From the NCBI GenBank assembly GCA_030390025.1, contig CM059425.1, forward strand, positions 164,674,001-164,738,000: a DNA stretch of 64,000 bases, read 5' to 3'. A program made the translations under genes and the position numbers. Positions 62,162 through 64,000 of the stretch are shown one piece after another (within the stretch, counting starts at the first letter, position 1; the number at the start of each line of letters is the position of its first letter). Under the pieces are notes generated by a model. That model worked only from the letters and a program-made list of their open reading frames with translations, was not told where the DNA came from and made no database searches. The DNA is from Squalus acanthias (lineage: Eukaryota).

Positions 62162-63638
62162 GTATTTGAAGCTTAATCCAATAATGTATTTTGAAAGCTA
62201 ATGATAAACCACAACAGATGTACGATAGCTAGTTAAGTAATTTGTCTCATGAATATTTCTATAGCCTAAAGCTCTTGAATTCTGATGGTGCTAACTTCTA
62301 TGCACAGTGCTTGTGTCCTGTTGCTATATGCATCTTGAGACTGCCTAAGGACTCTCGTGTCCTGCACCATAAACTCTCAATTATTCCACTTGCTGAAAAT
62401 ACATCACCAGTACAATCTCTTGTTTCCCCCTCTTTTGTTACAGAAATGCAGTATCTACAAAGTGAGCTAACTTTCATTCTGATAGCAGAAGTTCTTCACT
62501 ACCTGTTGGTGTTACCATGTTAGTCAAACATGTTTGCCCCACCTAAAACTCCTTGGAAAAAGAGTTGTCACTCTAACTTTAGCACTCTGAGTGTCTTGTG
62601 CTCAGGAGTGTACCCAGACTGCCCAATATCTAACTATACAATAGCGTAACTTAGAGGTATAACAATAGGACCCCCTTATGATCTAAATGTGATATCATGT
62701 CTCTTGCATGTATTCTCGTGTGTTTCTCCAATATTTTTGAAGGAAGACTTAACCTGGTAAGATGAGGCCAAGTATGAATTGTTAAACTGCTTTATTTCAG
62801 AGAGCAAGTGAACATACAAGGTAACAGTCAAAGCAAATTCCACTTACTTAATTTCACTTATTTCCTTGAAAAACAATGAAAAAAATAAATTACGTGTCCT
62901 GTCCCTTTTTGTGGGCCAATTTGTTTATTAGCATTCCTTTCTCTCTGAACAGCTTCTAATCGCAAGACCAGGTCTCCTGCATTTTTAGCTTCCAGCTCTA
63001 GCCCAGGAGCTCTGTGTGTGTCGGTCCTTTGTTAGAGCCCAACTGTGCCGGACCAGGGATTTCCTCTTTTATTTTGTTAATTCTGACCATGGGTAAACAA
63101 CGAATTCGTGCCTTTGACACCACCTCATGCAGGGATTCGCAAACAAATCTGTCAACCGCGCCAACTACCCATTTTCTCTTGAGTACATTCTCTGCAGACC
63201 CCTTGTGCCATGTCCACATTCCTAGAATGATCCTCACAATGGCCATGTATTTGTTGGCCACCTGTGACATGGTGACAAACTGCTTAATATCCCTGGTGAT
63301 GTTGGCTAATGGGTTTAAAGATGAGACGATATCCTGGTATCAGTTTGAAATGAGTTGTGACATTCTCCAAGCTGGCTCATCTGGCTTTAATGCACATTTC
63401 CCAATGCCCTGTGGCCTTTCTCCTAGATTTTAATGAGTTTACAAAAATAGACCGAGACCATGCATGTTTTTAAGTGTTTCAGTTTTCTTTTCATTTAAAG
63501 GACCTAGGTGGCCATGGTCCAAAATATCCAGGGAGTTTGTCAGCACTGAATTCATCCTGTATTGTATTCTACATTTTTGACATTCAAATGAATGTAAAAT
63601 AGCTACATTTCCTGAATTTGTTTTATTCTCCTCCTCAG

Positions 63639-63752
63639 TGGTTTGGTAACCTGGTGACTATGGAATGGTGGAACGACCTTTGGTTAAATGAAGGATTTGC
63701 CACCTTTATGGAATTTTTTTCAATTGAAAAAGTATTCCCTGAACTCCAAGTG
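63639..63752 (+). CDS. LNPEP: LNPEP coding exon 7 (114 bp) with the third zinc ligand (NEGFA)
   Basis: ctcctcAG|TGG...GTG|GTAAGT. Translates [38 protein letters not shown]. The gene continues beyond the window. Confidence 0.97.
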
Positions 63753-64000
63753 GTAAGTGAAATAAATTTCAACTTGTGTTTCATCTTGTTCATCATCTTT
63801 TAAGTGCTGTTTGTTGTCACTAAAGGGAATAGGTTGTTTGAGATTCTCTTTCGATTCTTACCCATAACTACAGTTCATGCAAGGAGCTAGGTGTGGTCTA
63901 TATTAAAGCTAAAGGAGGCACAAGAATATAATGACGCATCCCAATTTTTGTTTCTGCAATAAAAAAGGCTTGTGAGGAATTCTAGCAGTCAAAAACTAAG

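Overview
Eukaryotic genomic DNA, almost certainly from a shark or ray, judged by HE1-type V-SINE, HER1/CR1 LINE and Deu-domain SINE content. The only host gene is LNPEP (leucyl-cystinyl aminopeptidase / IRAP, M1 family) on the + strand. Six coding exons (orthologous exons 2-7) lie at 41433-42276, 44072-44210, 55220-55354, 57548-57668, 62007-62161 and 63639-63752. They splice in frame with GT-AG boundaries and encode the cytosolic tail, TM helix, GAMEN and HELAH...E motifs. Exon 1 was not found, so bases 1-41432 are probably intron 1. The rest is mostly repeats: CR1, a second CR1-clade family, L2, RTE, an L1-like fragment, SINEs and MITEs. Four features stand out. (1) A full-length but decayed 4.5-kb two-gene PIF/Harbinger transposon with a SINE inserted in its transposase. 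(2) A young Penelope-type insertion forming a perfect 76-bp hairpin with a 13-bp TSD and a minimal hammerhead ribozyme, about 190 bp downstream of exon 2. (3) Two locally templated insertions (85 bp inverted, 15 bp direct). (4) A ~580-bp pyrimidine tract at an RTE 3' tail. I found no convincing evidence of a wholly new biological system. TE boundaries are approximate unless TIR/TSD coordinates are given.
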